From positions 4,015,591-4,079,590 of the forward strand of contig NC_068989.1 in assembly GCF_001194135.2 (NCBI RefSeq): a stretch of 64,000 bases of DNA. The letters run 5' to 3'. Positions 63,606-64,000 of the stretch are shown piece by piece. This stretch comes from Octopus bimaculoides. Its lineage: Eukaryota. Position 1 is the stretch's first letter; the number at the start of each line of letters is the position of its first letter. Both the position numbers and the translations under genes were made by a program. The notes under the pieces are model-generated. The model was given only the letters and a program-made list of their open reading frames with translations. It was not told the DNA's origin and did no database searches.

Positions 63606-64000
63606 GCCTTTCTCTTTGTTCCACTTCCTCCGTCTTCATTCTTCGTTCTATTTCGTTCTTCATGCGGTTCTGCTTTTGACGTTCTCTTCTATTTATTTAT
63701 TTTTTTCTTTCTTTCTTTTGGACAAAATAGACAGACAGAGAGTTTTACTGGTGAGGAAAATAATAAACAGATGAATATTTAGATAGACAGGGACATGTGT
63801 AGGGTAATAATTCCGCACGGTGGGGTGGCGGATGGGGACGTCGCTCGGACAGACAAACTGATAGGTAGATTGGTTGTAAAATCAGTACATAGATAGATAT
63901 GACAGATAGGTAGGTAGGGAGGTAAATTGGTAGGTAGGGAGGTAGGTAGGTAGGTAGGTAGTTGATAGATATAGGGATAGACAGATAGAATCAAATATAG

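Overview
Eukaryotic, AT-rich, repeat-saturated draft scaffold with 23 N-gaps (about 7.2 kb, ~11% of the window), most of them flanked by microsatellites. The tRNA-derived SINE repertoire and microsatellite density suggest a cephalopod, probably Octopus; this is inference, not proven. No host protein-coding gene, rRNA, true tRNA or CRISPR array can be supported. Almost all long ORFs in the track are artefacts of microsatellites and gaps. The window is a layered graveyard of mobile elements. It holds at least three tRNA-headed SINE families (local labels A, B, C; ~23 copies or fragments) and three hAT elements with perfect 8-bp TSDs. It also holds a Tc1/mariner 5' fragment, a Helentron-like non-autonomous element, and decayed RTE, R4/Dong-like, CR1/L2-like, L1/Tx1-like, Penelope-like and Ty3/Gypsy coding remnants. 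All protein-family calls come from motifs recognised by eye in manual translations; no searches were run. The most interesting signals are: (1) a SINE head fused directly to the 5' UTR/ORF1 of an L1/Tx1-like LINE; (2) a composite of tRNA head, (TAA)n and hammerhead-ribozyme-like tail, plus two further hammerhead-like cores; (3) R4/Dong-like ends that abut (TAA)n tracts; (4) nested and inverted SINE/MITE arrangements; (5) a few splice-site-bounded segments that may be exons of a long host transcript. Boundaries of decayed elements are approximate.
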